Of a stretch of 64,000 bases of DNA, positions 39,601-49,200 are shown one piece after another. The stretch's first letter is position 1, and each line of letters starts with the position of its first letter. The DNA comes from a virus. The translations under genes were made by a program, and so were the position numbers. The stretch lies in IMG/VR virus record IMGVR_UViG_3300020182_002698; one strand, given 5' to 3'. The notes under the pieces were generated by a model that saw nothing but the letters and a program-made list of their open reading frames with translations, was not told the origin of the DNA and did no database searches.

Positions 39601-41440
39601 TTACTTTCATATCATATGGTGGGAACCACATAATTCTACCACCGTTCGGACCTCTTTCACATGAAGGTAAATCTTGTACTGTAAAACCAGGTTTAGAGGA
39701 TGTTCTCCAAGCTAAATTTTCTATCGAAAACATGTACTTTTTTACCTTTCCGTCTTGAATATTAGTTGATTCATTACCTCTCCAAGGTGCGATATTTAAA
39801 TTATAGGTATTATCCAGTACTGAATATGTGAATTTTCTATTTTTTGTTGTTATACCCTCACTTTTTTGTAATTCATCGTTACTAAAGTACGGCATATCTT
39901 TAGTGAAAACTCTACAATACTCTATTCCTTTAATTTCACCAGTACTTAAGTCTTCGTATTTAAAAACTGTTGAGCCTTTTGTAATCTCGCGAGTACCGTC
40001 ATTAAATACTTTTGATACTTGATTTATTGCAGTACCAACGTGTTGTAACCTTGCGTCTCCTTGTAACCCTTCTGCAGAGTTAATTAACCTTTGTGTGTCG
40101 TCTAATATAGACCCTTGAGTAAAGGTGTATTGTGTTGATACACCCGCATCAAATGATGACCTAATACTCGATGGTGCTTTCTGCGTTTTCTTTTCAAACC
40201 TATCCGTTTCAAAATTACTGTCGAAATTGGTATTATCTATATTTCCCCCTATACCTACAAATTTTCCCGCAGATTTTACACCGTCTAAACTAGTCCATGT
40301 AAATCCTCCTTGTAATCTAGGTGCGTCATAATTACTATTGGTTTTGGTGTTAGACCTTAAAAATTTACTTCCGTTTAATCCAAATTTAAAATCGTTTGGT
40401 CCGTCTTTGGTTTCATATAATTTGGCAATTTCACCATACCCCCTTACTGCGGTTCTTACCTTATTACCAAATTGGTCTGTGGGTAATTCACCTGCCGGAG
40501 CGACCATATCAGTTAATTCTTGTTCTTTACTCCCTACGTAGTAATTTCCGGCGGGAGCTCGTAACCCAAAACTTCTACTATTTTCGGTATAGTCAGGCGC
40601 AAAAACATTTAATGATATACTCTTAAATAATCTTTTAGTTTGTCCCCTACCTGTATTTGATATGAATGTGTCAGACGACTTTTTATTGGCTTGTGGAAGT
40701 AATGTACCTCTACTACTGAATTCACCTTTATTACCTGAAGCCTGATTAATACTAGATTGTTGAGCCACTTCACCAAAATAACTTCCTGGTATCCATGAGT
40801 ATGGTGAGTATATTCCAGAAATTCTACTTATAAAATCTAAACCTTTACCTACTATGTTATTTGGAACAGAAATTTTCCAGTCACTTTCAATTAATTGTTC
40901 ATTTCCAGTCGCAATGGCTAACACATCAAAAGGGTCTCCTAACGCATCAAGTATATTTACCCTACCAAGTGTTTGTTGATAGGTTTCTTCCGCAACTCTA
41001 AATTGAAATTGTGTTTTTAGTTGGTTTCCTGCTATTTGAGCTAATGTAGAATCTTGTGCTAGTCTTCCGTTGGAACCCATAGGGTCTAAAGTTGTCAGTA
41101 GAGTAAGTGAGTTGTACGTTGAAGCAACAAACGTATAGTACGTCTCTCGTTGTTCTATTTTTCTTTCTATATCTCTAATGTTTATTAAATCATTGAATCC
41201 ACCTTCAGGTCCATATTGATTTTGTATAAACGCTCTTTTTTGTGCTTGGTCAGTTACTTGAGACTCTTCGATTCTAATGGCATCTAAAACTGCGACATCG
41301 TTAATTGAGAACTCCGAATTACCCGGTGAATCATTACCTTTATAACCTTCAGCATATGGTTCTAAATTCCTTACTAAAAGTTTTTTTCTAAAACCTTCAG
41401 TAGCGCTAAACGTTAATTGACTATTTGATTGGTTCGCCAT
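36683..41440 (-). CDS. Tail tube initiator-like protein with an inserted OmpA-C-like domain
   Basis: 1585 aa. It has two tube-fold-like segments (RIMWFPPY...FLGRPEPIYTYNYTTR and PPICILRIGDFYHTKIVIQQMSINY) and YFDND...IKLEGSASS...YNLSLSKRRVDSV. Position follows the tape measure gene. Confidence 0.6.
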   Translation of the reverse strand: MANQSNSQLTFSATEGFRKKLLVRNLEPYAEGYKGNDSPGNSEFSINDVAVLDAIRIEESQVTDQAQKRAFIQNQYGPEGGFNDLINIRDIERKIEQRETYYTFVASTYNSLTLLTTLDPMGSNGRLAQDSTLAQIAGNQLKTQFQFRVAEETYQQTLGRVNILDALGDPFDVLAIATGNEQLIESDWKISVPNNIVGKGLDFISRISGIYSPYSWIPGSYFGEVAQQSSINQASGNKGEFSSRGTLLPQANKKSSDTFISNTGRGQTKRLFKSISLNVFAPDYTENSRSFGLRAPAGNYYVGSKEQELTDMVAPAGELPTDQFGNKVRTAVRGYGEIAKLYETKDGPNDFKFGLNGSKFLRSNTKTNSNYDAPRLQGGFTWTSLDGVKSAGKFVGIGGNIDNTNFDSNFETDRFEKKTQKAPSSIRSSFDAGVSTQYTFTQGSILDDTQRLINSAEGLQGDARLQHVGTAINQVSKVFNDGTREITKGSTVFKYEDLSTGEIKGIEYCRVFTKDMPYFSNDELQKSEGITTKNRKFTYSVLDNTYNLNIAPWRGNESTNIQDGKVKKYMFSIENLAWRTSSKPGFTVQDLPSCERGPNGGRIMWFPPYDMKVSEQNSADWTTNQFLGRPEPIYTYNYTTRQGNLNWKIVVDHPSILNAIVDKELDGKDNQKINDIVDSFFAGCRKYDIYELAQRFPQFTLKDIYDIVTTTQNVTDYEYFQNEIQSTQITTTEPVIEEYTPIITTNDYSYSFYFDNDVPGPQNANSTTTEESYSSNLSAYILNQANYYTYADEDQKEPTGVFFQENIFNIEQKTKELCVKIKEAIDKGAIVNIKLEGSASSPNSDAYNLSLSKRRVDSVKKYILSFSDLDKHQDKLNIIEVTVGENTNINGVSCSEELTGADKIYSTAAMGCRAVSFATTIEEIPPEPNPQDLEPIIEETIITETVTGKTEVQRQIEAKEVREKRNVAKIIVKKLLTECDYFNKMKEDSPQVYQGIKDKLSFFHPTFHSITPEGLNSRLTFLQQCLRPGDTIPVIGEDGKPRQGDIKNTAFGSPPICILRIGDFYHTKIVIQQMSINYEPLTFDLNPEGIGVQPMIADINMSFNFIGGQGLKEPVSRLQNAVSFNYFGNTEIYDERSVPTEDTTDLDRSELDKIEANSNFTVKDGKVERTEEAGETIGQVTSTEVEDFLTGDINYKSFMKDYVLKSQAYVQNVISSLETISRLQSKIGVCYFTQDRLYTNGTSTGYLSGSDGFTTRIFGKPIKLQDKESDLKTKLIEDIDNNLNPFLKSPFTNIDKQNFKNSDVKKFKKNLKSFINLRMGVFQSIFNSKITDLLNVQTDFVRQNDISNLITANTDGYKNKTGSIDIFELSGSSTVDPSSSQANTNLEMIADIQTVAGDLEAFYNILFDDELGKYPRKDNLYQGFLSEDYDTEPQTRFCTASYFNILNDPESVKKTILGEELILKEDWVKYINEILYGFDTLIIPNTSESLDGQDPITIDGQSGLVDVYKELKRSSDLEISSLKFGFSQKFTLYNPFNLEKERNFTYIQKPQSQADSNQVFYFNTIFTDGINSGTDLEFNGKYTFN

Positions 41441-41479
41441 ACGAATCTATTTTTATATAAATAGATTAGATATTCATTT

Positions 41480-43573
41480 TTAAGCGGAATATGTATTATT
41501 AGAATCGGTAAGTATTGTCATTAGTTTACTTGTAAAAGTAGGGTTATTAACAATTTCATTTGCCAATTGTTCAGATGATATGTTTTGTGGGAGATTTCTT
41601 CCGTCAACCGATAAATCTATTTTACCACCCACATTTAGATTAATTTCACCATTAACATTATTGCCGGTGTCGTCCATATTTTCTAATAAACTAGTTCCAC
41701 CAATTATTATATCATCTTTCAAGAATCTTTGAACGGGCATTCCAGGTCTAGAAATAAAATCCTGATTCACAGGTGAGGTTGTGTCTGCAGATGTGTCAGG
41801 TGTTCCGGCAGCCGCATCGTCTATATTTTCACCCAAAAACATAGCAGCATTTGTAGCTAAATCACCAACTATATCACTAAAATTACCAAATAGTGTTTTG
41901 GCTGTAGTAAGTTGAGATAAAACACTATCAGGTATTAAACCTTCCATTTTAGTTTTAAATTCTGTAAGTCCACTCTCAGTTGATTGATATGCTGCGGTTA
42001 TAAAATTCTCAACACTAAGACCAGAATCTTTCATTAAGTTAGTTTCGGGTAACTTATCATTCATATCTATAAGTGACGTCTCAATCGCGGTTCCAAATGT
42101 AGATGAAATGTTAAATGCGGCATTTTTAAAATGTTTTCTTGCTTCTTCATCTTGAAATCCTTCAGCGATATTCTGAGTTAACGCGTTTCCATAAATTTTT
42201 AAATTTTCTTCATTAATAGAGGCGTCTAAACCTTCCCTAACAACTTCAGCGTAAGCATCTAAACCACCTAAAGCATCAATCACTCCATCAGTTTTTACAC
42301 CCACTAAAGTAGTTGCCGACTTAGCGCTTTGATTGGCCCCCGCAATTTCTTGAAGTGCTGTAAGTTGTTCCATAGCGATTTCTCTATCGCTCATTTCATT
42401 CTTACTTTGTTGCTCTTTTAACGCCTTAAAATCATCTTGATTTAAATCTGCTGCCGATTTAATTGCGGGAATCATCTTTTTAGTCGCCTCATCAAAAGTA
42501 GGTATGGACACTTTTAAGTCACCTCCCTCAATTGTACTCATATTTGCAACTAGTTCTTTAAACTCTTCAGGAACTGTGGCCGTTCCCAACATATCTAATT
42601 TTTTTGTTCTTTCAGCGGCTTTAAATGCGGTTTGAGTCATATCTTGGTAGGACATTCCAGCTAAATTAGCCGCCTCTCTTAGTCGATACATTTCCGTAAC
42701 AGGTATATCAAACTCACCAGTTTCCTCATTAAATACTGCAGCACTTTCAGCCATACCAACAACCGCATCCATCAATCCTTCAGTGTCTGTCTGAGCTAAA
42801 TGTAGTAATTTAAATGGGTCACCTAAATCTCCTACAGCACCTCCCAACATCTGAAATCCGGCTGCAGTTTCTATTGCCGTTTCAGGGTCAAGTAACTTTT
42901 CAGAAAGTGAAAACGTTTGGGATACGTCCATCCTTAACGCTTGTGCCTTCGCCACCATACGAGAAAATCCTTCTACACCATCTTTAAAATTGTAACTAGA
43001 TAACATTTTTATGTTACTACCTATATCTTTCATAAACTTACCAACATTAATACCATAATCCCTGGCTTGTTTTTGCATGTCACTAATTTTTGAGATTGCA
43101 TCTGATGTACCTACACCAATATTTCTAAATCCTTCAACAATTGGGACTATCTCAGCAGATGTAAGTCCAGCGTTACGTGCTAAGAGTTGCATATTTTCAA
43201 CTTGCTCAGAAGATAGTAAAGTATTAACCCCCATTACATCATTTATTTGTTGTATTAAAATTAAGTTCTCTTCTAATCCAACTCCAAATTTAGTAGTTTC
43301 AAATGTGGCTTCAGCCATAGTGGTCATTAACGCATTACCAATCGCACTAGTTTGTCCCATGGACTTAGTAGTTAGATTAAATGTTAGTTCTTGTAATTTA
43401 GCAGTATCTTCTATTACTGATGTCGGCATAATCATCCTCGCTAAACTTGAGGTTATATTTAATACCGTTGTATCTAAAAGTCCGGCGGCTTTATTTAAGC
43501 CGTCCATACCTTTACTAATATCGTTTATCGCGTTTTTAGCGTTATCTGCCGCTTCTCCAATTTTGTTAGCCAT
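41480..43573 (-). CDS. Tape measure protein (putative)
   Basis: 697 aa, Ala/Gly/Met-rich and helical-looking; sits between the tail chaperone pair and the tube initiator. Confidence 0.7.
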   Translation of the reverse strand: MANKIGEAADNAKNAINDISKGMDGLNKAAGLLDTTVLNITSSLARMIMPTSVIEDTAKLQELTFNLTTKSMGQTSAIGNALMTTMAEATFETTKFGVGLEENLILIQQINDVMGVNTLLSSEQVENMQLLARNAGLTSAEIVPIVEGFRNIGVGTSDAISKISDMQKQARDYGINVGKFMKDIGSNIKMLSSYNFKDGVEGFSRMVAKAQALRMDVSQTFSLSEKLLDPETAIETAAGFQMLGGAVGDLGDPFKLLHLAQTDTEGLMDAVVGMAESAAVFNEETGEFDIPVTEMYRLREAANLAGMSYQDMTQTAFKAAERTKKLDMLGTATVPEEFKELVANMSTIEGGDLKVSIPTFDEATKKMIPAIKSAADLNQDDFKALKEQQSKNEMSDREIAMEQLTALQEIAGANQSAKSATTLVGVKTDGVIDALGGLDAYAEVVREGLDASINEENLKIYGNALTQNIAEGFQDEEARKHFKNAAFNISSTFGTAIETSLIDMNDKLPETNLMKDSGLSVENFITAAYQSTESGLTEFKTKMEGLIPDSVLSQLTTAKTLFGNFSDIVGDLATNAAMFLGENIDDAAAGTPDTSADTTSPVNQDFISRPGMPVQRFLKDDIIIGGTSLLENMDDTGNNVNGEINLNVGGKIDLSVDGRNLPQNISSEQLANEIVNNPTFTSKLMTILTDSNNTYSA

Positions 43574-43597
43574 TATTAAGTATTATATTATAAATAC

Positions 43598-43790
43598 TTA
43601 TCTTTTAGATTTTACTTTTTCGGACTGTTGTTTTCGTTTATCAAATTCCTCAACTAACTTTCCTATAAAGTATTTTCTTTCGTATGTAGGCATATTAATT
43701 AAGTCGTTATAAGAAAAATTTGCATGACGAGTTAAGTAATATATTTCATCAAGCACAGATACCCTAGATTCAGAAGAAAGGCCGAAAAAA
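43598..43790 (-). CDS. T4 gp51-like / 'T' segment of the tail assembly chaperone, possibly expressed by frameshift
   Basis: VLDEIYYLTRHANFSYNDLINMPTYERKYF resembles the gp51-like motif (Y.D...MP.ER..F). The first ATG is inside the conserved motif, and the frame overlaps the end of the upstream gene in +1. Confidence 0.6.
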
Positions 43791-44525
43791 CTCCACCCCA
43801 AAGGTGACTCTAACTGTCAACTCTTCTCCTGACGGGGCGTTTAAACTCCTTTCTAAGTCTAATTTTGGTTCCGAATTAGAAAGGCTATTTCTTATGAATT
43901 TAGAATCCATAATTGGTAATTTTATGACGAAGCTTGTTATAAACTCTCTATCGGTGTTGTTGTCTACACTTACTATTTGTTTTGATAACCTATTGGTTAC
44001 TATGGGGGCCGTAACATTGTTTGGGTACTTCTCTAACATATCGTTAAGTTCCTGTACTTCTCCTACCGTAAGTAGTTTACATTTTACCATATTTCCTGAC
44101 TTAGGTAGTTTAAATGTAAATGTCCCGTCTTCTTCGGGTTCTTTTTCAAGTTTTTTGAAATTTAGCTCATCGAGACGAACCGTATGTTCAAATGAATTAT
44201 TAGTTTTAGGGTCTCTTAATGTAAAATTATAATCGGGACCAAACGCTGTGTTTCTCAAAAATATTAAAATAGCCTCTAAATCACCTTCTAATAAGTCATT
44301 AACCTTAACGTCTGGTTCATATATCTTATTTTTAACTAAATCATTTATAATGTTTGGATTTTTACCGTTTCCGGCAGATACCAAAATATTTTCATCCTGA
44401 GCTGTCAGATATCCAATTTTAAGACTCTTTTTTTTGTTTTTATAAAACTTACCCTGCGAGGGAAGTGTTACCACGTCATGTGGTAAATTAAAGTCTTGTT
44501 GTCCATATTGTTTCGCTTCGTCCAT
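43770..44525 (-). CDS. Baseplate hub assembly / tail chaperone, T4 gp26-like
   Basis: VTLPSQGKFY...YLTAQDENIL, DLEAILIFLR and a C-terminal FF; located between the tube and tape measure genes. Confidence 0.75.
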   Translation of the reverse strand: MDEAKQYGQQDFNLPHDVVTLPSQGKFYKNKKKSLKIGYLTAQDENILVSAGNGKNPNIINDLVKNKIYEPDVKVNDLLEGDLEAILIFLRNTAFGPDYNFTLRDPKTNNSFEHTVRLDELNFKKLEKEPEEDGTFTFKLPKSGNMVKCKLLTVGEVQELNDMLEKYPNNVTAPIVTNRLSKQIVSVDNNTDREFITSFVIKLPIMDSKFIRNSLSNSEPKLDLERSLNAPSGEELTVRVTFGVEFFRPFF

Positions 44526-44542
44526 ATTTTTGTGTAAAAAAA

Positions 44543-44568
44543 AACCATAGGGAATAAACCCTATGGTT
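44543..44568 (-). terminator. Intrinsic terminator after the tail tube gene
   Basis: AACCATAGGG-aataaa-CCCTATGGTT with a long U tail on the minus strand. Confidence 0.85.
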
Positions 44569-44602
44569 AATTATATAAACTATTATTTTTTTTTCAATAG
44601 TA

Positions 44603-45091
44603 TTAGTAAACCAAAATACATCTATCAGGACGTAATGTCGCTGTAATTGTTGCCAATGCGTCATCACTATATCCCAAACTATCAAAATTAACATCAGTTA
44701 AGAAAGTACCCTGTAGAATCCATTTTTCAACCGCAACTCCTGTAGGGTCTAACATTTCAAGGTCTAGGTCTTTCTTATAACCAGCTGCGTATCCCATACG
44801 ACCTGTAACGGACTCTGAGGTTAATCTTACCCATTCCATTAAGGCTTGTGCTGCCGATGGTCCTATGGGGTCTCTAAACGTCACGTTTATCGTATTCCAA
44901 GTAAATCTACCAGCAACATAAGTAGATGTGTTTAAGAAAGGAATCTCAGTTGCGTTAATTTGGACGTTAGGTCTAGATGTGGACTCAACATACCAAGAGT
45001 TAATACCCAATGATGAAGGAAAACTTAGAACAAATCTATTTTTTCTTTTCGGTTCATACGGTACGGGCATTTTCATTAATAAATCAGCCAT
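44603..45091 (-). CDS. Tail tube protein (T4 gp19-like)
   Basis: 162 aa; KRKNRF...WNTINVTFRDPI...ALMEW...GYKKDLDLEMLDPTGVAVEKWILQG is typical of tube proteins; near the sheath gene. Confidence 0.9.
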   Translation of the reverse strand: MADLLMKMPVPYEPKRKNRFVLSFPSSLGINSWYVESTSRPNVQINATEIPFLNTSTYVAGRFTWNTINVTFRDPIGPSAAQALMEWVRLTSESVTGRMGYAAGYKKDLDLEMLDPTGVAVEKWILQGTFLTDVNFDSLGYSDDALATITATLRPDRCILVY

Positions 45092-45212
45092 TGTATTTTG
45101 GTTTTAAATTTCGTTGTTTATTTTATTATAAATATCAGTGTTAAACTTTTTTCTCTTTACTTTTACTTTTTTAATTGTAAAATCCTTAACTAGAGATTAG
45201 AAACTAGAATTT

Positions 45213-46064
45213 TTAAACTTCTTTTTTTTCTCCTCCTTTAGTTAAATAAGTTTTTACTGGGCTTTCATCTTTATATTCTTTATCTAAAAATGTTTTTATA
45301 GATTCTATATTTCCTGGGTCGTCATCAGAAAATCCTATTTGAGGTACAAAGTTATTACTCACATCATTAGTAAATGATACTTTTTGACCTAATTTTTTAC
45401 TTTGGTATTTAACGTAATTAATAAACTCTCTTAACGCTTTTATCTTACCTTCCTCCGGATTAGAGGCCGACCCCTCACCATAAGTAACAGGATAATATTT
45501 ATTCATATCTAAATATTCTTTTATTAAAAGTTGGTCGTCTTTCATAAGTTCTCCTGATAAATCCCGATATTTTTTTAAGTTTTCTACTAACTTACTTGAG
45601 TCTATTCCATTGTGGTTTGTAACAATAAGGTTATAAATAGAGTCTCTTAACACTGACGGAGTGTGACCTCTAGCAGTAATAATTGCAAATATAGAACCTC
45701 CGTTAATACATTCCACAAAATCATTCCATGAAGGACCTGGAGAAGCTAATAAAGAGTCCACTATAAATTTCTTATCACCATCTACTCCAAAATTACGATA
45801 GGGATTTTCGGAATAACCTACAACAGTCTCATTATTATATTCAAAAGGCTCCACACCAATCTTTTGTCGATATTCGGCAAAATCTTCAGTAGACATACCT
45901 ATCTCATTACCTTCATCAGTTTTTAAAATTATTCGAGTCGGCATAACGACAATATTATCATCCCAGTCAAAAGCATAATACTTTAAGTCAGGTTGACCGT
46001 CTTCGATACCTTCACTTATAAATAATTTATTAAGACTTTGATGTATAATACTTCTTAGACTCAT
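45213..46064 (-). CDS. HAD-superfamily phosphatase
   Basis: Motif I FDWDDN, motif II ITARG, motif III GKIK, motif IV GFSDDD. Confidence 0.8.
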   Translation of the reverse strand: MSLRSIIHQSLNKLFISEGIEDGQPDLKYYAFDWDDNIVVMPTRIILKTDEGNEIGMSTEDFAEYRQKIGVEPFEYNNETVVGYSENPYRNFGVDGDKKFIVDSLLASPGPSWNDFVECINGGSIFAIITARGHTPSVLRDSIYNLIVTNHNGIDSSKLVENLKKYRDLSGELMKDDQLLIKEYLDMNKYYPVTYGEGSASNPEEGKIKALREFINYVKYQSKKLGQKVSFTNDVSNNFVPQIGFSDDDPGNIESIKTFLDKEYKDESPVKTYLTKGGEKKEV

Positions 46065-46069
46065 GTATT

Positions 46070-46207
46070 TTAATTATTTAGATTTTCAATTAATCTCTCT
46101 AATTGTGATTCCGTCAAAACAATATTTTGAGGTTTTTCAGAATAGGTCTTAACTCCATTACCATTAATTTGTAATGACTCTCTTAGTAATTTTTTTTTAA
46201 ATTCCAT
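46070..46207 (-). CDS. 45-aa small protein (missing from ORF track)
   Basis: MEFKKKLLRESLQINGNGVKTYSEKPQNIVLTESQLERLIENLNN*, translated manually; A-rich start context. Confidence 0.65.
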   Translation of the reverse strand: MEFKKKLLRESLQINGNGVKTYSEKPQNIVLTESQLERLIENLNN

Positions 46208-46243
46208 TTTTTTATTTTATTAAACGTTTAATTATATGGCTAA

Positions 46244-46273
46244 AAATGGGGGATACTTTTGTACCCCCCATTT
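46244..46273 (-). terminator. Hairpin after the sheath gene, probable intrinsic terminator
   Basis: Minus RNA AAAUGGGGGGUAC-AAAA-GUAUCCCCCAUUUUU. Confidence 0.75.
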
Positions 46274-46281
46274 AATAAATA

Positions 46282-49200
46282 TCAGATATCCTCAAATGAT
46301 GCACCTGTCGGAGTAATTAAGAATTCTATATCGATGAATTCTAACGCTCTTGTTGGTTTTAGATATATTTTACCTACTAAGGTGTTATTATCTAAATCTT
46401 CAGGAGTGTTCTGAACGACAACTCTAAAGTCAATCAAACCTCTATCTCTTCTGATAGAATCTAAGATTGGGTTTACTGAGTCCAAGAATTCTTGTCTTAC
46501 TTGGTCATCATTCTGTTCGAACAATAGTCTTACCGCTACTGCTGAAATCAACTTACGAGCTTGTAATAACAATCTTCTAACATTGATTCTGTCGAGTGCT
46601 GACTGTTTAACTTGAGTAGTTTTATTACCCCATATTACTGTACCAACATCTGAGAAAGTTGCGATTGGGTTGATTCTACCTTTATATAGAATGTCTCTAT
46701 CATCTTGAGTTAACTTCTTACGAGCTTTAATACCATTTACTAAACCTCTTGTATAACCCGCGGATGCGAACCATGGGAATGATATATTATCTGTTAACGC
46801 TAAGTTTCTAACAACTTCAGCGGTAGGTGGTAAGTAAATCTGTGTGTTATTAACAGTATCTCTTGTAAGAATCCATGGGTAATAAGTTGCAGTATAGTTA
46901 GAGTCAATTCCAGTATCTTCTAAGTTTTCGGTCGCTTCTTGTGGGTAAATAAAGTCAGTTGTAAAATTAGACGTAGTATTAACAAACATGTTATAGTCAG
47001 GTGTGGTACAGATATAAATTGAGTCCGCTCTATCCGTTTCAATCATATCAATCGCCTCCTCTACTAAGTTTGAGTTATTAACATAATCTATACCTGAAGT
47101 AGTAAACACATTAATATTTACAGCTTCAGGGTTAACAAAAGTCCACTGACCCCATAAGTAAGCATAATAGTCAGTATTACCCCAATCTTGTTTATCTGGA
47201 CCAACAATTGTTTTAAACGCCCCCCATCCTGTTGCACTTGGGAATCTAACTGATGGTGCCGCTCCACGTAGATATCCATTATTACCTAATATAAATGTAT
47301 CTCCATTAGTACGAGACTCTCGATAGATATCCCATCCATCAAATCCTCCAGTAGGAACTAATGTAAATTTACGAGAATTTAATCTGTAATATGGACTATC
47401 TTCGTTAGGTTCACTATCGAATGATGCGTCACCAACCTCAAACGCAGTTTCACCCGAAGTTACATACTGAGATGGGATTAGAACTACAGTCGCTCCTGAG
47501 TCCATATGATATCCTTTTGTTAATTCCGCCCACGGAGATGACTCAGTAGCGGTAGATAAGTTAGTCGGATTTTGTTTACCCTTATAAGAGGTAAAGTCGA
47601 CATCAATACCGACAGTATTCGATACACCTAAGAAAACTCTTCTTGGGTTATCGCCCGCACTTCTTGTTAAGTTATCTCCATTAGAAGACCCAAAAGGAGG
47701 GTTAAATAACACCTCACCTGGAGTATCATACTTAGTCTTATAAAGTAGGTGTGGTGATTTATAACTACTGTACTGTCGAGTTTGGTAACCTTTAAAACCA
47801 CAAGGTAATGAATCGGACGGAGCCTCTTCATTTACTTCTAACATAATATATCTTGACTTTAACTCAAAATCTCCATTAGCTGTACCGATTTTTTTAGCCA
47901 CATAACTATTAAGATTTATATCCATGGTACAGTTTGTGAATTTTTCTAATACGATTGGGTTAGAATCGGTATCATAAAAACTTCTAACAACAACGTCAAA
48001 GGTTAGGTTATTAAATGATATATTCATTATAGAGACTTTAATCTCTCTGTTCGCCGAGTTACCGTCTGAGATTGAAATAACTTTAAATAAGTCGGAAACT
48101 TCATTACCTCTTAATTCTGAAACTAAATATGGTGTAGAGGGGGTTTGATACCTATCTAAGTACCATCCGATACCTGTATTATCAACATCTTCTCTCGCAC
48201 TTTGTAATCCTAATAAAGTAGTATTTAATCCTCTAATCTTACCTTCTTTGTATCCTGTATTTAATAAGTTATAATAAATTTCCTCGACAAATAATGGAAT
48301 TTCATTACTTGGTTTAGAAAAATTACTTTGACCTAACACTTTACTTATAAAGTTAGGGTCACTTAAAGAAAGTGATGTGTTGAACGTAAATATCTCTGAG
48401 TCGTTTGTTATACCTGAAATTTGGAAATTAGAGAATGGATTATTAGTTATTCCTGAATATACTCCTGTAGAGTTAATTGTTACATTGGTTAATCCTGAAA
48501 CTTCGTAATCGGGATTATTAGAATTACTAGTTGTTGATATCCCTCTTGACCTTAGTGTACTAACAACCATATTATGGTAATCAGTGATTGGTGTTCCTGT
48601 ATATGTGGTAGTATATACAACACCCACACCTGTATAATTGTTACCTACAGTATTTGTTAATCCTGTGATAGACAATCCAAAACCGACACCACTGTATTCA
48701 CCTGTACCACTATTATATGGGAATAAAGCGTAATACCATGAATCATTTTCAGACGCTTCAAAATCTGCGGTATCAATGGTAAGACCATCCACACCCAATA
48801 CGTTAGTTGTACCTGTCCATGTTCCCGAAGCTCCAGTTATTGCGTCATAAGTTTCGCCACTAACAGTACCAAACATAAATGATGTGGCTCCTGAACTGAC
48901 GGGGTTAACAATACTTTGATAAACCGCAGATTCAAAGTTGCCCTGTAATGTTGATATATTACCTGAAAATGTTGTATAAGGTAATCCGAACACACTTTCT
49001 ATAGATGAAGGTAAGTTACTAAAATCAGTAATTTCAGTTGAACTACTATTACCTGATACACCACTAAAAGTTATTGTATAAGCAATTCCGTCAGAATCTT
49101 TAGGAGTAATTAATGATTTATTTACGTTACCCACCGTTGATATTGACCATGATGGTCCAGCATCGTATCCTGATAAACCTAAGACACGAGTCACAAAAAG

